NCBI GenBank assembly: GCA_001949185.1
Contig: BDGG01000009.1
Location: 1,291,624 to 1,355,623 of the forward strand
Direction: 5' to 3'
Source of the DNA: Ramazzottius varieornatus
Lineage: Eukaryota; Animalia; Tardigrada
Length of the DNA: 64,000 bases
Part shown: piece by piece, positions 63,701 to 64,000 of the stretch
Position numbering within the stretch: the stretch's first letter is position 1
Layout: the number at the start of each line of letters is the position of its first letter
The notes under the pieces: generated by a model
Databases searched by the model: none
What the model saw: only the letters and a program-made list of their open reading frames with translations
What the model was told of the DNA's origin: nothing
Position numbers and translations under genes: made by a program

Positions 63701-63917
63701 AGGACTGAAAGAGAAGGCGCTGGTGGAGACGTTCCAAGATCAAGCCCAGCTGGTTCTAGCCGACCACACCCAGAGTAACAAGCTCCGCTTCGGCAAATTG
63801 CTATTGCTATTGCCGATGCTTCGAAGCCTGGATGCCCAAGGCCTTGCTAGTCATTTCTTCAAGAGCTCCGTCAAACCGGTGGATGTTCTTCTCACCGAGA
63901 TGAACTGTATGATGTGA
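60724..63917 (+). CDS. NR2E6: Nuclear receptor NR2E family, PNR-like / NR2E6
   Basis: [53 protein letters not shown]|AVQHERAPR (P-box CDGCRG, as in insect PNR-like/NR2E6); [45 protein letters not shown]; putative first exon [11 protein letters not shown]|. Confidence 0.85.
62477..62504 (+). repeat. (CAAC)7 microsatellite in the long NR2E6 intron
   Basis: caac x7; a shorter run at ~62301-62318. Confidence 0.85.
63442..63600. mobile_element. Degenerate TA-flanked palindromic MITE in the last NR2E6 intron
   Basis: Left ta-tgggggaaaagtcataaagtcagcc..tgtaacgttagcc versus reverse complement of the right end ta-caagagaaaagttgtaaagttagcc..ttataaagttagcc. Confidence 0.55.
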
Positions 63918-64000
63918 CATGGTCTTCTTCATTTCAACCTTGGCCACCTAACTCAAGAAAACTGTTATCTTTGATAACTTGCGGTATGCAATAACCAAAA

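Overview
Eukaryotic, gene-dense animal DNA (about 17 intron-containing genes in 64 kb; introns mostly 60-170 bp; roughly 48-50% GC by eye). The gene set (NR2E6/PNR-like nuclear receptor, CYP18-like P450) suggests an ecdysozoan/panarthropod with a compact genome; a tardigrade such as Ramazzottius would fit, but this is inference. Gene order: 3' end of an unidentified gene; two tandem ABCC1/MRP1-type transporters; kinesin-2; lysosomal alpha-mannosidase; CYP2-clan P450; GPN3; ARPC3; GTPBP6; TSEN54; CFAP144/FAM183; NOPCHAP1; a divergent adenylate kinase; EFCAB9; an orphan gene; DDHD-type phospholipase A1; a coiled-coil gene; CWF19L2; NR2E6. Highlights: (1) an apparent EFCAB9 orthologue (the CatSper Ca2+/pH sensor) in a probable protostome, inside a small cluster of flagellum/sperm-type genes with a possible pseudo-adenylate kinase and an orphan rich in PKA sites; (2) the ABCC pair is a mosaic of apparently identical tracts (N-terminus, NBD1, NBD2, including introns) and diverged transmembrane regions, with five intron presence/absence differences; (3) a ~380-bp MITE family with 8-bp TSDs, three copies all upstream of genes, plus several TA-type MITEs; (4) GPN3-ARPC3 adjacency, also seen in human. 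Gene models were spliced by eye and coordinates are start codon to stop codon.
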